A stretch of 64,000 bases of DNA. Source: Myxococcota bacterium (GTDB taxonomy: Bacteria; Myxococcota_A; SURF-8; G963663525). Below, in pieces: positions 1 through 11,982 of the stretch. Below the pieces are notes generated by a model. That model was not told the origin of the DNA and ran no database searches. It saw only the letters and a program-made list of their open reading frames with translations. Position numbers and translations under genes: made by a program. The number at the start of each line of letters is the position of its first letter. The stretch's first letter is position 1. Location of the stretch: NCBI GenBank assembly GCA_963676915.2, contig CAXXVK010000067.1, forward strand, positions 128,001 to 192,000. The letters are read 5' to 3'.

Positions 1-77
<77 letters not shown>

Positions 78-267
78 TTTCCTTTTGGAAACACCAGGTC
101 GATCACTCGATCATCCCGTTTTCGAACGGAGTCGGATTTCTGCTGTTTAGTTTTCTGGATCGGGTCACATTTTTGTGCTCTTTTTCAGATTTTGATCGGT
201 TGAGGCGAGGGGCGACCTTCGAAGACTGCTTGCAAAGGGTTCACGCTCGTTGGTCAATCAGCGGTAG

Positions 268-344
268 GGGCCTGTAGCTCAGTTGGTTAGAGCGCGCGCC
301 TGATAAGCGCGAGGTCGGCAGTTCAAGTCTGCCCAGGCCCACCA
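268..344 (+). tRNA. tRNA-Ile(GAT)
   Basis: GGGCCTGTAGCTCAGTTGGTTAGAGC...CTGATAA...GTTCAAG...CAGGCCCACCA cloverleaf with encoded CCA, in the 16S-23S spacer. Confidence 0.97.
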
Positions 345-371
345 AACTCGCTTAGCTGGCGTTTTTCCCAC

Positions 372-447
372 GGGGGATTAGCTCAGTTGGTAGAGCGCCT
401 GCTTTGCACGCAGGAGGCCGCCGGTTCGATTCCGACATCCTCCACCA
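372..447 (+). tRNA. tRNA-Ala(TGC)
   Basis: GGGGGAT/ATCCTCC acceptor stem with G3:U70, anticodon loop TTTGCAC, TTCGA T-loop, CCA end. Confidence 0.96.
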
Positions 448-485
448 ATTGCACGTATCATCCGTAAGGATGTTGAAAAGTTTCC

Positions 486-497
486 GATCTTTGACAA
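486..497 (+). promoter_or_regulatory. boxA-like rRNA antitermination site
   Basis: GATCTTTGACAA resembles boxA (TGCTCTTTAACA) at its usual spacer position upstream of 23S. Confidence 0.6.
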
Positions 498-607
498 TCG
501 AATAATACTGAAACGAGAATGAGGCATCCATGCATTCGAGAAGAATGTATGGCTGGCGAGACAGCGATAGAACGTATGTCGAACCTTGATCTGCGACACT
601 TTTTAGT

Positions 608-3556
<2,949 letters not shown>

Positions 3557-3635
3557 ACTTTTTCTGTGTGGCAGATCAAGGTTGGATGTGCGTTCTAGCA
3601 TAGCCTCTGAAGTTTCAGATATTATTCGAAAGTTT

Positions 3636-3755
3636 TGCCCGGTGTTAATGGCGGAGGGGCCACACCCGATCCCATCCCGAACTCGATGGTAAAGTCCTCC
3701 AGCGCCGATGGTACTGCGTGGGAAACTGCGTGGGAGAGTAGGTCGATGCCGGGCA
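3636..3755 (+). rRNA. rrf: 5S rRNA
   Basis: TGCCCGG...CCGGGCA terminal stem, CCCATCCCGAAC, GCCGATGGTACTGC, GGGAGAGTAGGT motifs. Confidence 0.97.
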
Positions 3756-3766
3756 TTTTAAATTTG

Positions 3767-3797
3767 AATCCCGATCGTTTATACGGTCGGGATTTTT
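3767..3797 (+). terminator. Rho-independent terminator of the rRNA operon
   Basis: AATCCCGATCGT-loop-ACGGTCGGGATT hairpin followed by a T-run just after 5S. Confidence 0.85.
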
Positions 3798-3975
3798 AGT
3801 TGTTCAAAAAAATATATCCCAATACCTCTAAAAGCCCGTATAGGAGATCAGAGCAGGAAAGTTATAATGCTAGAAAGACGGAATGAAACCGGTAATTAGG
3901 TAAAGGAAGAAACAAGGTTAAACTTTTCCATTTTTTTGTATAAAAATGGAAAACCATAAAGGAAAGGTCAAAAAA

Positions 3976-4335
3976 ATGCCGCGCTTAGAATTCTTTCAAA
4001 ACGGAGATAAATTCATCCAATTGCAACTAGAGAACGAAGAAATCACCTTCGGACGTTCCAGTGATTGCGATGTCACTTTGGCCGGACCGAGTATTTCGAG
4101 AGTTCATGCCAAAATCGAACCGTTTGCGGATCAATGGAAGTTGGTCAATCTCGGGAGAAACGGGACACGAGTCAATGCAGAATTTATAGAAAAGGAAAAA
4201 AATCTTTCATTCGGCGATCGCATTTACATCGATCACTATACGGCAATGTTTGTCGATGACTCCTTTGGCGAGTCAACAGACACCGTTACATTAACGAAAA
4301 TTCGTGTCGAAGACGTACAAAAAGCAGCAGAATAG
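3976..4335 (+). CDS. Stand-alone FHA-domain protein
   Basis: FHA motifs ITFGR-SSDCD, SISRVHA, NGTRVN. ATG at 3976 preferred; the ORF extends to 3946. Confidence 0.85.
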   Translation: MPRLEFFQNGDKFIQLQLENEEITFGRSSDCDVTLAGPSISRVHAKIEPFADQWKLVNLGRNGTRVNAEFIEKEKNLSFGDRIYIDHYTAMFVDDSFGESTDTVTLTKIRVEDVQKAAE

Positions 4336-4482
4336 AAAAAAATGGAAAAATAGAAAATATGAGCACGTTTTTGTTGGCTGGTTGAATTATTACCTCGATA
4401 CCACGTGCAAAAATTTACCAATGAGCATCTTTGGGTGGGTGCATCAAAAAATAGTGCGACCTTCGTAAAATCCTCTTTTTTC

Positions 4483-4577
4483 GTAGCGGCGAGGCGCAAG
4501 CCCGCCGTTTTTGACTTTTGAAAGTTGCTTTTATGCCCCCAATCTCCCTTTTCGGCGGGCTTACGCCTCGCCGCTAC
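4483..4577. repeat. GTAG-type REP doublet (REPIN-like inverted pair)
   Basis: GTAGCGGCGAGGCGCAAGCCCGCCG (4483-4507) and its reverse complement with one mismatch (4553-4577). Each arm is GTAG plus an imperfect palindrome. Confidence 0.8.
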
Positions 4578-4722
4578 AACCAAATGAATGAATGCTTCAA
4601 TAGTATTGGGCCAATTCGCACCATTTTGTGATGCCCCCTCTTTTCGTTCCACATGAGAAATTACCTTGTCTGGAATTTCTTTAAGAGCTATACCTTTCGC
4701 ACTTCGTTTCGGGAGGCAGAGC

Positions 4723-5901
4723 GTGGAAAACAGAGAATCCAAACCATCAACGGAACATTTCGAGACGGCAAAAGTTGCGGGAATTGGTGCGATTCATTTC
4801 GTCCATGACATCTATACCGCGCTGTTGTCGCCGATCTTGCCGGTGTTAATCGAAAAACTTTCCTTGAGCCTTGCCCAAGCCGGATCGTTAACGGTTTTCA
4901 TGCAGTTTCCCTCTCTTTTCAACCCGTTTCTCGGAACATTGGCCGACCGGTATCGGCTCAATCGTCTCTTTCTGATCCTTTCGCCTTCCCTTACCGCCGT
5001 TTGTATGTGTCTTCTCGGAATGACCGGACATTTCGCCATCCTAGCGGTGATTTTGCTTGTGGCGGGAATCAGTGTGGCGACATTGCATGTATCCGCTCCT
5101 GTTATGGTGGCCCGTCTTTCAGGAAATCAGGTGGGACGAGGCATGGGCTTTTTCATGCTCGGTGGAGAACTGGCCCGTACGATGGGACCGTTGCTAGCCG
5201 TCTGGAGTGTCAGCACCCTGGGATTGGACGGCCTCTGGCCACTGGCTTCCGTCGGATTGACATCCTCCGTAATATTGTATTGGAAACTCAACCCCAATCT
5301 TCAGACCAAAAGCAAGCGGAATGTTTCTTTAAAGGCCATGGTCCGAACCATGAAGCCGATCATCACCGGCGTATCGGGAATTCTGATTGCCCGGGCCTTT
5401 CTCGCAGCGGCAACGACCACATTTCTACCAACCTACCTGTATCAGAACGGTCATAGCCTGTGGATCGCCGGAGCGGCGTTATCCATGGTGGAACTGGCTG
5501 GCGCGGCTGGAGTGTTTCTTTCGGGGACACTCTCGGACCGCTTCGGGCGCCGTCGGGTACTGTTTGCCGTAATTCTAACGGCTCCACTGATGCTGTTATG
5601 GGTGCAATTCAGTTCGGGCGTGTTGCTCATTATTGCTCTGTTGTTACTGGGGTTTACGACCATTTCCAGTGGTCCGGTTCTTATGGCCGTAATGCTGGAA
5701 AACGCCGGTGACAATCAGGCCGCCGCCAATGGCATGTATATGGCTATCAGCTTTGCATTTAGATCCTTCGTTGTGGTGATGGTCGGGTTGATGAGCGACG
5801 CATGGGGAATGCACACGGCTTTTCTCGTCTGCGCTTTCATGGCATTTGGCGGGCTACCCTTCATCCTTATGCTGCCGTCCAAATCGAAGGAAAACGTTTG
5901 A
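4723..5901 (+). CDS. MFS transporter (fosmidomycin-resistance Fsr-like)
   Basis: About 12 hydrophobic segments; motif A twice (GTLADRY, GTLSDRFGRR); N-terminal HFVHDIY...P.LP typical of the Fsr family; GTG start after GGGAGG. Confidence 0.85.
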   Translation: MENRESKPSTEHFETAKVAGIGAIHFVHDIYTALLSPILPVLIEKLSLSLAQAGSLTVFMQFPSLFNPFLGTLADRYRLNRLFLILSPSLTAVCMCLLGMTGHFAILAVILLVAGISVATLHVSAPVMVARLSGNQVGRGMGFFMLGGELARTMGPLLAVWSVSTLGLDGLWPLASVGLTSSVILYWKLNPNLQTKSKRNVSLKAMVRTMKPIITGVSGILIARAFLAAATTTFLPTYLYQNGHSLWIAGAALSMVELAGAAGVFLSGTLSDRFGRRRVLFAVILTAPLMLLWVQFSSGVLLIIALLLLGFTTISSGPVLMAVMLENAGDNQAAANGMYMAISFAFRSFVVVMVGLMSDAWGMHTAFLVCAFMAFGGLPFILMLPSKSKENV

Positions 5902-5938
5902 TCAAACTTTCCGTGAAAAGCAAGTCATCGTTCCGCCA

Positions 5939-6793
5939 TCAACGTCCCCAATTGAGTTTTTCCCGAAGAATTTCAAAGTAGTTGCGCCGCGATGATCGAA
6001 TAATCAACGTAGCCGCTTTTCCACGTCGGACGGTGATGCGATCGTTTTGCTGGATTGCGATTCCTGCTCGTCCATCCAGCGAAAGAAATGAATCGCCCGA
6101 GGTCCGCGCCAGACGAATGCCCAGTTCCAGACGATCCGGGACCACAAAAGGACGCAAGGTAAGACTGTGGGGACAAATCGGTGTAATAATAAAGGATTCC
6201 AGCGTCGGATAGCAGATCGGTCCGCCCGCCGCCATATTGTAAGCGGTGGAACCGGTAGGAGTAGCCACGATCACGCCATCGGCTCGGAAGCGCGTTAAAA
6301 AATCCCCGGCAACGCTGATATCCATCCCGATCAGACCGCTATCGGGACCACGATTGACTACGGCATCGTTGAGTACCAGCTCGCTTTGCAGACATTCTCC
6401 GTTACGTTCGAGTTCGACACGCAACATGCCTCGGCGGGTCGTCTGAAAATTCCCTTCCAGAATCGAGTCAAGGGCTTCGAAAAGCTCGGGCAACGGGTAT
6501 TCGGTCATGAATCCGAGTGTTCCCATGTTGACGCCCAGAATCGGAACCTCCCGACCGTCGAGCAGACGAGCTGCTTTGATCAACGTACCGTCACCGCCCA
6601 TCACGATGACGAGTTCCGCCTCCTGCATCACCTCGGCTTCTTCAGCAACGATTACGCCACCGGGCCAGTCTCCGTCGATGTCGATCCGCACTGTTTTTCC
6701 AAAAGCGACAAGGTGGCTGACCAACCTGAGAATATCGTCGCGATTTCCGTCGAATCCTTCACGGGTCACGATGCTGACTTTTCGAATGCCCAT
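5939..6793 (-). CDS. nadK: NAD(+) kinase
   Basis: GGDGT, GVNMGTLGF, LND, ADGVIVATPTGSTAYNMAAGGP, TPICPH motifs. Confidence 0.95.
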   Translation of the reverse strand: MGIRKVSIVTREGFDGNRDDILRLVSHLVAFGKTVRIDIDGDWPGGVIVAEEAEVMQEAELVIVMGGDGTLIKAARLLDGREVPILGVNMGTLGFMTEYPLPELFEALDSILEGNFQTTRRGMLRVELERNGECLQSELVLNDAVVNRGPDSGLIGMDISVAGDFLTRFRADGVIVATPTGSTAYNMAAGGPICYPTLESFIITPICPHSLTLRPFVVPDRLELGIRLARTSGDSFLSLDGRAGIAIQQNDRITVRRGKAATLIIRSSRRNYFEILREKLNWGR

Positions 6794-6939
6794 AGTCCTC
6801 CTCGAAGGCGCTTCACCTAATAAATTCCACTATTTCAGCCTCATTGACGGCTGTCCAGGAAAAAGACTTTCTTTCTTGCTTGGCTTGTCGCAAGACAATA
6901 TGGTAGAAAATCGAAAATCTATTTTTCCCGGAGGCGCAA

Positions 6940-7479
6940 GTGCCGCAAAAATACGTCATTTTATCTATTGTTTCAACGATATGCGTTATTCTGGACCAGG
7001 TAACCAAACAACTGGCCGTTCCACTCAAACATCAGCCCGATGTCAAGATCATTCCAGGACTGTTCAGCTTCAAATATGCAGAAAACCACGGGGGCGCTTT
7101 CAGTTCCTTCGCCGACCTGGCGGACCCCTGGCGCACGGCTTTTTTCATTACGGTTAGCATCCTGGCATTCGTCTTCATTTTCGTGTTTTTCCGAAAAGTG
7201 AAGAACAATCAATACCTTCTGGTATTTGCCTTTTCGGTGATCATGGGAGGCGCACTCGGCAACTTCATCGATCGTGTTGCGTACAATTACGTGATCGATT
7301 TCGCTTTGCTGTATTACAAGAATTTCTATTGGCCGGTGTTTAACGTGGCGGATATTTTCATTACGGCGGGCGTGATCATGTTGGCGATCGAAATGCTTTT
7401 CGGGAAAAGCGAATTCAGCCTTTTCCAAAGAGAAGAAGACGACCTCGCCACCCCCCAAAGAATGACGATATTCCAATAA
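6940..7479 (+). CDS. lspA: Lipoprotein signal peptidase II
   Basis: DQVTK, ENHGGAFS, GGALGNFIDR, VIDF, WPVFNVAD motifs. Confidence 0.95.
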   Translation: MPQKYVILSIVSTICVILDQVTKQLAVPLKHQPDVKIIPGLFSFKYAENHGGAFSSFADLADPWRTAFFITVSILAFVFIFVFFRKVKNNQYLLVFAFSVIMGGALGNFIDRVAYNYVIDFALLYYKNFYWPVFNVADIFITAGVIMLAIEMLFGKSEFSLFQREEDDLATPQRMTIFQ

Positions 7480-7687
7480 AATCAAGCGATTGCCTCCACC
7501 TTTTCGTGCGCTGTACCCATCGGGTGATCCGTTTGTCCGCCAAACGTTTTGTAGCTACTAGCTAACCTTTGGAATTTTCTACTCCTTTTGTTTTCTTCTC
7601 CTCTCCGATTCGGGTTCGGTTGCACGCAATCCATACGAATGCTAGTATGATTCCATTCGATGCTTACTGAAAAAACGAGGGACGCCC

Positions 7688-10333
7688 ATGTTTCCCGCAA
7701 AAAAAATAAAAGAACAATCGCCGAAAACCTCCGATAAAAAATCGAAAAACAAAGAGCCAAAGGTTTTAGGATTGTTGTCTCGACTGTTTTTATTCCTGTT
7801 CGGCGGATGGATTGCGAAAATCCACTTTTACAAAAAGATTATCAAGCGCATTCAACAAGGAACCGAAGATGGATCGGTGGTGTTGGTGCTTCAGTTTTTC
7901 AGTCGCCTGGATTACCTGATTCTTTGCTGGTTTCTGCGCAGAGAAAAACTTCCTCTTCCCGCTTTTCCCCAAAAACCGAAACGAAAAAAGAAAAAACGTT
8001 CCAAATCCAAAAAAGATGCGTCAAACGTAACGCCTTTACCTGCTCCCATCCCGAAAGGCGAAGTGCGGTTGCTGTTTCTGCAACGCCGGAAAAATTTATT
8101 TTCGGATGGAAAACGTGATCTTATCGATCCTATCGCAGAATTGATCGAAATCCAGAAAGTCACCCGTCACCCAATTTATTTCTTACCGATCATCACGGTC
8201 TGGACCAAGCGCCCCATTACGTTGAGACGCTCGGTGATGGATGTCTTTTTCGGCAACAACCTGCAACCCGGTCCGATACGTAAGTTCGTGATTTTTCTGT
8301 ACAACTGCAAGAATGCCTTTATCAAGAGCGGCAACCTGATCGATACCGTCCCCTGGACAGACCCGGATATTCTCGAACATGGCAAAGACCCGGTACGAGA
8401 AATCCGCTGGCGACTGTTCCAGTTTTTCAGCGAGGAACGTACCGCCATCGCGGGACCGGCCAGCAAACCACGCGCCTGGATTCTCGAATCCGTATTGCGC
8501 TCTCAAGCGATGCAACAAGCCATCGAACAGGTTTCACGTGAATCGGACCGCCCCATCGAAGAAGTACGGCAGGAGGCGGCGGAAAACCTGGACTGGATCG
8601 CGGCGGACTACCGTTTTTCATTTATCTGGCTGGCCGAAAAAGTTCTTAACCTGTTCCGCCGGATTTTCGACCGTTTCGTGCTTGACGAACAGGAATTCGA
8701 AAAACTGCGAGAATTGATGAAAAAAGGCCCGGTGGTTTTCATTCCTTCCCACAAATCCCATGTGGATTATCTGCTGGTTTCCTATGTAATGTTCAAACGG
8801 GCGTTGGTTGCTCCGCACATTATTGCAGGGGAAAACATGGGATTCTGGCCGATGGGATTCTTTTTCCGTCGTATGGGAGCCATTTTTATCCGGCGCTCGT
8901 TCAAGGGAGACTTGCTGTATTCCGTAGCGTTGAAAACCTACCTGCAACGAATTTTATGGGAGGGCTACTCCCTGGAATTCTACATCGAGGGCACGCGCTC
9001 ACGCACCGGAAAAGTCCTGCTTCCAAAGCTGGGAATTCTATCCATTCTCGTCGATTCTTATCTGGCCAACCCTTCGAGGGATCTGGTTTTTCAGCCGTTG
9101 TCCATCGTTTACGGAAAACTGATCGAGCAGCAGAGCTATACCGATGAGTTGGTTGGCGGAACCAAAAAGAAAGAGTCGTTTACCGGTTTATTGAAAATTC
9201 TCAAGCTGTTACGTTTCCGTTTCGGTTCGATTTACGTGCGATTCGGTGAACCGATTTCATTCCGGGACTATCTGTCATCCCGTGATATCGACCCCAAAAA
9301 CCTGCCGAAACCCTTGTATCGAAAGACCATTGAAGAGTTGGGTTCCGAAATCGTCTGGCGTATCAATTCCGCCGTGACGGCAACTCCGACTTCGGTGGTT
9401 AGCCTCGCCCTGATTTCTTCGACTCGCAAAGGCATTACCAAGAAAAAACTGCTGGATCGCATCGAGCGAATACTACGGTATTTGCGGAAAAATCAGGCCA
9501 AAGTCTCGGACGACATGGACCACTCCCTCTGGGCGGTGGTCGAAACCATCAACCGTTTCGTCAAAGAAGGTAAAATCCATCTTCACACCATTGGCAATGA
9601 AGAGATTTTCACCATCGACGAAAGCTCGCGAATGGCGTTGGATTACTACAAAAACCAGATTCTCCATTACTTCGTCCCTCCGGCGTTCATTGCTCTCGCC
9701 TATTCGTCGTTCAGCGACAGCAAAGCCCCCATCGAAGATGTCCGCTGCCGTGCGGAATTCCTTGCGGATCTTTTCCACCTGGAACTGAAATTCAGTCCCC
9801 AGGGATCGTTTGACGATGTATTCGACACCGCCCTGGACTACTTCAAAGAAGCAGGCTTCATTACTCTTGACGCCCATGGGAACATTCGTGCAACCTCGAC
9901 TTCCGGTCGGGAGTTCACCCTGCTACGACTGATGCTCAACAATTACATCGAAAGTTATTGGGTGGTTGCTCTGGCATTGCCAATGTTGCTGGAAACGAAC
10001 ATGGAGGAAAAGGAATTCCTGAAGAGGGTCATGGAATATGGCCAGAAACTGCAACTGATCGGAAAAATCAACCAAGCCGAAGCTTTCTCGAAAAACAACT
10101 TCAACAATGCCATAAAGTATTTCATGTCACGAGGCATCTTGGATCACGACCGACCCCGTGAAGAAAATTCGATGACCGCACTTCCACCGGATATTCTGAT
10201 TCACGAAGAGGAACTGAAGAAAAAGAAGAAAAAAATCCGCCGAGTTGCAAAAATCCACCTCGCCGAAACCTACCAGGATTATCAGAAACTTAAACCGGTG
10301 GCCGAGGAAATCGATCTCTATCGGATGAAATGA
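7688..10333 (+). CDS. plsB: Glycerol-3-phosphate O-acyltransferase (PlsB-like)
   Basis: PSHKSHVDY (HX4D), GAIFIRRSF, EFYIEGTRSRTGK motifs; long C-terminal GPAT domain with LDYYKNQILH. Confidence 0.85.
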   Translation: MFPAKKIKEQSPKTSDKKSKNKEPKVLGLLSRLFLFLFGGWIAKIHFYKKIIKRIQQGTEDGSVVLVLQFFSRLDYLILCWFLRREKLPLPAFPQKPKRKKKKRSKSKKDASNVTPLPAPIPKGEVRLLFLQRRKNLFSDGKRDLIDPIAELIEIQKVTRHPIYFLPIITVWTKRPITLRRSVMDVFFGNNLQPGPIRKFVIFLYNCKNAFIKSGNLIDTVPWTDPDILEHGKDPVREIRWRLFQFFSEERTAIAGPASKPRAWILESVLRSQAMQQAIEQVSRESDRPIEEVRQEAAENLDWIAADYRFSFIWLAEKVLNLFRRIFDRFVLDEQEFEKLRELMKKGPVVFIPSHKSHVDYLLVSYVMFKRALVAPHIIAGENMGFWPMGFFFRRMGAIFIRRSFKGDLLYSVALKTYLQRILWEGYSLEFYIEGTRSRTGKVLLPKLGILSILVDSYLANPSRDLVFQPLSIVYGKLIEQQSYTDELVGGTKKKESFTGLLKILKLLRFRFGSIYVRFGEPISFRDYLSSRDIDPKNLPKPLYRKTIEELGSEIVWRINSAVTATPTSVVSLALISSTRKGITKKKLLDRIERILRYLRKNQAKVSDDMDHSLWAVVETINRFVKEGKIHLHTIGNEEIFTIDESSRMALDYYKNQILHYFVPPAFIALAYSSFSDSKAPIEDVRCRAEFLADLFHLELKFSPQGSFDDVFDTALDYFKEAGFITLDAHGNIRATSTSGREFTLLRLMLNNYIESYWVVALALPMLLETNMEEKEFLKRVMEYGQKLQLIGKINQAEAFSKNNFNNAIKYFMSRGILDHDRPREENSMTALPPDILIHEEELKKKKKKIRRVAKIHLAETYQDYQKLKPVAEEIDLYRMK

Positions 10334-11901
10334 CAGTCTGCCTGCCACCTCATCCCCTGCTGGGATTGCTTCTCCTGGCAATTCCGTTTGGTGCTTTTTG
10401 GGGAGCAAGTGTTCTCCTTTTTGTTCGATTTTCCGTAGTTTTGCACTTTTTCCGAAATCTCCAGCGTTGGGAAATCGCCTCGATGGCTGGCATGGTCATC
10501 GTTTTATCTGCGCTGGCCTATGGGCTATCTCCCCATGGTCCCGTGGTGTATTTCGATGAATTTCAACACGCCGAAGCCATGGCAAATACGATCGAAAAAC
10601 TCGATCCCCACGGCTGTTGCGAATACCGGAACGGCGAGTGCTTGCAAGGTGGCCCGATGCTCTGGCCATTGACCAGCCACGTTGCGGCTTTGCCTTTCTG
10701 GTTCCTTGCATCCGATGACAATCCCGTACGCCGAGCGTTCAAAGCACGAACTTTCGCCAATATTCTGTGGATGGGACTTTCTCCGGCACTGATCACCCTC
10801 TGGCTGCTGCTGCTTTTCAAACGACCATCCCTTGCCCATGCGGGTGGCTGGCTCTGGGTGCTCAATCCCATTCCTGCGAAGTTGATGTTTTCGGCCTCGT
10901 TGATGCCGTCGGCGGTTGGATTGTCACTCCTGGCACTGATTGCTCTGGAACGCTGGCGAAATTCAGAAAAAGTTCTGGATTTTCTAGTGGTTACGTTTCT
11001 TCTGATAGCCACGATTCATACGCGCATGGAGATGGCGTTGATTGCCGTATGGTTGCCGTTCAGGTTGCGAACGTCCGGGACGAAACGCCTTTCATGGCTG
11101 CTTTTTTTCTTGTTGGTTGCTAGCGCATTACCGCTGGGATTCCTTTATTCCAATGGTGCCGCCGGGGGGGCGGCAGGATGGAACGAAACCCTTTCTCAAA
11201 GCTGGACCCACTTGCTTGTGCATCTTCCCGCGAACCTTGCATTTCTCGCCGGATCGTTCCATGTTCCCTTGCTTCTGCCTTTGGCTGTCATCGGGATTTT
11301 CTGCGAACGCAAGAACTCTCGAACCTTGGGATTGCTTCTGACAAGTCTCGGTTTTCTCTTGTTTTATTCCGCCTACCACATCGGTCGCTTCGATCTCGAG
11401 CAATCTTTCGATGGCTGGCGGTACAGCTCGATGGTCACCCTTTTTCTTCTTCCTCTCGCAGCGGTCGGATGGGATCGAGTGTGGCAAATTCCCCATTTTA
11501 CCTCGCGCAAGATAGCCACCGGGACCATTGTTGTCGCGATGATCTGGATTCTTCTGGGACAGCAAAGCTTCCGGGCGGCACGTCATCCGCTGCACGCTTT
11601 GGACGAATGGATGCAACAACGTTTCGAGTCGGAAAAAGATAAGGAAACCGATCCCATAACCCTTCGATTTTACACGAAAGAAACCGCATACGTACGAGCT
11701 TTTTGCAAGCACGATATTTCCGAGTGGAACGTGGATCGCTATAAACGTGAAGCCCTGAAACGTCCTACTATCGAAAACCGCTACCTTCGCAGTTGGAACG
11801 AAGCTGTGCCCGAGGATCTTCCAGGTTTGCACTTCGAACCCATGGGAGCGTCGTCTCCCGATACAGGAAATGCCGTGGAATTTCGGATTATTGCTCACTA
11901 A
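10330..11901 (+). CDS. Polytopic membrane protein, GT-C-fold glycosyltransferase-like
   Basis: More than 10 hydrophobic helices, acidic YFDE motif in the first external loop, RY motif late in the membrane part, soluble C-terminal tail; ATGA overlap with plsB. Confidence 0.5.
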   Translation: MTVCLPPHPLLGLLLLAIPFGAFWGASVLLFVRFSVVLHFFRNLQRWEIASMAGMVIVLSALAYGLSPHGPVVYFDEFQHAEAMANTIEKLDPHGCCEYRNGECLQGGPMLWPLTSHVAALPFWFLASDDNPVRRAFKARTFANILWMGLSPALITLWLLLLFKRPSLAHAGGWLWVLNPIPAKLMFSASLMPSAVGLSLLALIALERWRNSEKVLDFLVVTFLLIATIHTRMEMALIAVWLPFRLRTSGTKRLSWLLFFLLVASALPLGFLYSNGAAGGAAGWNETLSQSWTHLLVHLPANLAFLAGSFHVPLLLPLAVIGIFCERKNSRTLGLLLTSLGFLLFYSAYHIGRFDLEQSFDGWRYSSMVTLFLLPLAAVGWDRVWQIPHFTSRKIATGTIVVAMIWILLGQQSFRAARHPLHALDEWMQQRFESEKDKETDPITLRFYTKETAYVRAFCKHDISEWNVDRYKREALKRPTIENRYLRSWNEAVPEDLPGLHFEPMGASSPDTGNAVEFRIIAH

Positions 11902-11982
11902 AGAACAAGCTTTTCTCTTGACGCAAACAGCTCCACCCACAATACTTACCATTCCCGAAAAACGACGACGAGGAGAGAAACT

